From Patescibacteria group bacterium (GTDB lineage: Bacteria; Patescibacteriota; Patescibacteriia; Buchananbacterales; UBA6539), in contig JBAZMQ010000002.1 in NCBI GenBank assembly GCA_041649675.1, positions 1,920 through 65,919 of the forward strand: 64,000 bases of DNA, in the 5' to 3' direction. Positions 61,543-64,000 of this stretch are shown here, in pieces. The notes under the pieces were generated by a model that ran no database searches, had not been told where the DNA came from, and saw nothing but the letters and a program-made list of their open reading frames with translations. A program made the translations under genes and the position numbers. The stretch's first letter is position 1; every line of letters starts with the position of its first letter.

Positions 61543-63366
61543 TTATTGCGCTTGGGCCCAAAAAATTAATTCACCAGTCTTAATCCCCGAACCAATGTAA
61601 TTACTAGGAATGGTTAAGCTGACAGTCTCGGCTTGATTAGTCAGGCTGGCCAAATCCAAGCTATAGCTTGACCAAATTTTACTACCAACCTGCAAACCAG
61701 AAAGAAATACTGAATCACCGCTGACCGATGAGGTAATCTTTAGATTAACCGTTCCGGCATTATTTAAAGTTACAGTCTGGCTAGCTGATTTGCCTGGCTG
61801 TAATTTACCGAAGCTAAGCTGACTGGGAGTAACTTCAAATATAATTGAATCACCGGCAATTTGGCCACGGCCGCCCTGATCAACTTCCACCTGCAGACCG
61901 ATATTTTGTGAAACTCCGCTGCCAACTGCCACGACCTGCTGGTTACTGCGAATATAATTAGATTTTTGCGCATACAAAGTATAATAGCCATCCGGTAAAG
62001 TTAAGGTAATCTGGCCTTGGGCATCAGTCTGATACTCCTGGTCTGCACCAAAAACTGTTGCTTGAGCCAATGGCTGCCAGCCTTGGTTATAATACTCAAC
62101 TGTTGCCGTTACGGTCTGGCCGGATTCCGGTTGATTATCATTAACAGTAATTCTTGTTGCTCGGTCAAAATCAGGATAAGCTGGTGAGCTGGTATCCGGG
62201 TCATAATAAATCAAAATTTCATCACCAATTTTTAGCTGGTACTGTTCCAGGCCATCATTGGTTGTTTGGTTGTTAATCAAATACATCCAATAAGCCGGAT
62301 TATTATTGCCAATCCCGGCGATTGAATCAAGAAAAAATGTCCCCCAGTCGCGATTACCAGTGAAAGTATAGTTACAAACACTTTGACCAGACACTAATAA
62401 ATCATAAGCCGTAGCCCCACTGGAAAAATATTTATCACAAATCGCACCCTGGGGGCCTTCAATCCTCAATAAATAATCACCGGTTTCAGTTTGCTGATTT
62501 TCTTGACCACTGCCCGAAAAATGGCTTAAAGGCAAAGTCTTTTCTGACAAAGCAATAACTGCGTCTTGCGTGGCCATTAAATTAGCAGTCTTGTTTGCCG
62601 CGGTTCGGCCAAACGAACCATCATTATTTTTTAATGACTGAATATAAGCAATCGGATTGTTTCCACCTTTCTGCCATAAAGCTGGGCTTTGACCGACTTT
62701 TCTAATGGCCCAAACCACCCAGCTGGTAGAATCAACATCGGATTCATTACCCGCAGCCCAACCCCAGCCGCCATCACCATTTTGAGCTAAGGCCAAATAA
62801 GCCAAAGCTTTGCTAATCGCGGCATTATCAGAACTGACTCCAGCTTCAATTAACGAAATAGTAATTATAGCTGTACTATTAGTATCGCTGATAACACCAA
62901 CATTATAACCCCAGCCACCATCAGTATTTTGTTTGGTTAATAAATAACTCTTGGTTTGAGAAATCTCTTGACTGCTAGCGGCTAAACCCGCGGCTGATAA
63001 TCCTAGAATGCCGAAGCTGTCATCCATTAACATTTGAGCATCACCAATTTGACCATCGGCGTAAAAATTCTTAAGTTGGCTGACGTAATCAACATTACCA
63101 AAAGTGTAAGGATTTTGGTTCAAAGCGGTTACGGCCAAAATGGTTTTAGCGTAATCCAGTGGCGTATTATTGCTGGATTTCAAATGGTTGCTAGCAATAT
63201 CACTAGCCGAAGCGGCAGCCAAAGCCATAGTTACCCAAGGCGTTTGGCCAGAGGCCTTTAAATAAGTGACTGAATCTGAACTGACGTCGGCAGCCACTAG
63301 CACTGGCTGAATTAAAATCGCCAGACTGCAAGCCACCAACAAAAAAGTTTTGATTTTGCTTTTCAT
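61543..63366 (-). CDS. Secreted prenyltransferase/squalene-oxidase-repeat barrel + DUF4430 + Ig protein (transcobalamin-like architecture)
   Basis: YLxxxQNxDGGWG repeats; YWMYLINN..GLEQYQLKIGDEILIYY. Confidence 0.8.
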   Translation of the reverse strand: MKSKIKTFLLVACSLAILIQPVLVAADVSSDSVTYLKASGQTPWVTMALAAASASDIASNHLKSSNNTPLDYAKTILAVTALNQNPYTFGNVDYVSQLKNFYADGQIGDAQMLMDDSFGILGLSAAGLAASSQEISQTKSYLLTKQNTDGGWGYNVGVISDTNSTAIITISLIEAGVSSDNAAISKALAYLALAQNGDGGWGWAAGNESDVDSTSWVVWAIRKVGQSPALWQKGGNNPIAYIQSLKNNDGSFGRTAANKTANLMATQDAVIALSEKTLPLSHFSGSGQENQQTETGDYLLRIEGPQGAICDKYFSSGATAYDLLVSGQSVCNYTFTGNRDWGTFFLDSIAGIGNNNPAYWMYLINNQTTNDGLEQYQLKIGDEILIYYDPDTSSPAYPDFDRATRITVNDNQPESGQTVTATVEYYNQGWQPLAQATVFGADQEYQTDAQGQITLTLPDGYYTLYAQKSNYIRSNQQVVAVGSGVSQNIGLQVEVDQGGRGQIAGDSIIFEVTPSQLSFGKLQPGKSASQTVTLNNAGTVNLKITSSVSGDSVFLSGLQVGSKIWSSYSLDLASLTNQAETVSLTIPSNYIGSGIKTGELIFWAQAQ

Positions 63367-63393
63367 AAACAAAAATCTCCCTTTTCGAGGGAG
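63367..63393 (-). terminator. Riboswitch expression-platform terminator
   Basis: CTCCCT-CGAAA-AGGGAG followed by ATTTTTGTTT just before the ATG. Confidence 0.65.
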
Positions 63394-63463
63394 CGGTTAG
63401 ATCATCCATTTTAAAAACGGACGGCCACCGACTCTTAATCTCGAAGAGTTTAGTGAATTAATT

Positions 63464-63600
63464 AAGCTTTGATTTTAGCGACCTGACTTAGTTGAGTGCA
63501 GCATCACCCCTCGATAACTCGGGGTAATTTTTCGTTGCACTCAAAATCACAGTTGCGGACCAGTGGAGGGTTTACACCTCACTTCGTAAAACTAAAGCTT
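63464..63600 (-). promoter_or_regulatory. Cobalamin riboswitch
   Basis: GAAGTGAGGTGTAAACCCTCCACTGGTCCGCAACTGTGA...AAGTCAGG core; P1 AAGCTTT..TTTTA/TAAAA..AAAGCTT; cobO upstream. Confidence 0.85.
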
Positions 63601-63843
63601 TTTGTCAACGCTATCGTATAGGCTAATTAGAATATTAGAACTTTTTAATTACCCATATCGCAATAGCACTTCATCCCGACCGCCGAAGCTCGAGCATAGC
63701 GAGAGCGTAGGCGGGTTAAGGTAATACCATTTTAAACCTCTAAATTTTTACTGTCAAACTTTTCTGTGGATAAAAACAGAAAATGGAAATCAGTGATCAG
63801 AAATCAGGCGCATAGCCAATGACTGATGACTGTTCTCTAGTTT

Positions 63844-64000
63844 CTAGTCCTCTATCCCCCTTCTGGCCACCAACCCCTGCTGATATGGGTGCTTAATTTC
63901 TTTCATTTCCGTCACATAATCAGCCAATTTAATTATTTCTGATGCTGCCTTGCGGCCAGTCAAAACTAATTCCACTGACTTAGGTTTGTTTTTGATCAAC
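63844..64000 (-). CDS. cobO: Cob(I)alamin adenosyltransferase CobO/BtuR, 3' end
   Basis: Manual translation ...VELVLTGRKAASEIIKLADYVTEMKEIKHPYQQGLVARRGIED*. Confidence 0.9.
   Translation of the reverse strand, partial: LIKNKPKSVELVLTGRKAASEIIKLADYVTEMKEIKHPYQQGLVARRGIED

Overview
Chromosomal segment of an AT-rich bacterium with CPR/Patescibacteria (Parcubacteria-like) hallmarks: no L30 gene in the spc operon, SD-less ribosomal protein genes, and many small palindromic inserts. Almost all genes are on the minus strand. 1-16.5 kb: str/S10/spc ribosomal cluster (secY 5' end to rpsL, rpmB). 16.5-32.8 kb: pilin-like gene, giant Ig/HYR surface proteins and a two-component cluster. 33.1-33.6 kb: tRNA-Pro(GGG) and an unannotated ~210-nt structured RNA. 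42-60 kb: ndk, comEC, a SAM/purine salvage cluster, ANTAR-controlled glnA, sugar epimerases and frameshifted prfB. 60-64 kb: a cobalamin-riboswitch operon with a transcobalamin-like protein, plus the 3' end of cobO. The main discovery is at 33.6-41.7 kb: five self-contained cassettes, each with promoter, amino-acid-specific leader peptide, attenuator, gene(s) and terminator. The leaders are rich in Ile (cimA), Val (a 90-aa orphan), Leu (leuA), Pro (proB) and Trp/Tyr/Phe (pheA + DAHP synthase). Only the committed, normally feedback-inhibited enzyme of each pathway is present here. PheA has lost its Phe-feedback ESRP motif. The cargo genes, unlike native genes, have strong SD sites, and four share a 5' AAGGCAGAA(A)C motif. 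My inference is a starvation-triggered kit of deregulated enzymes, possibly acting on host metabolism.
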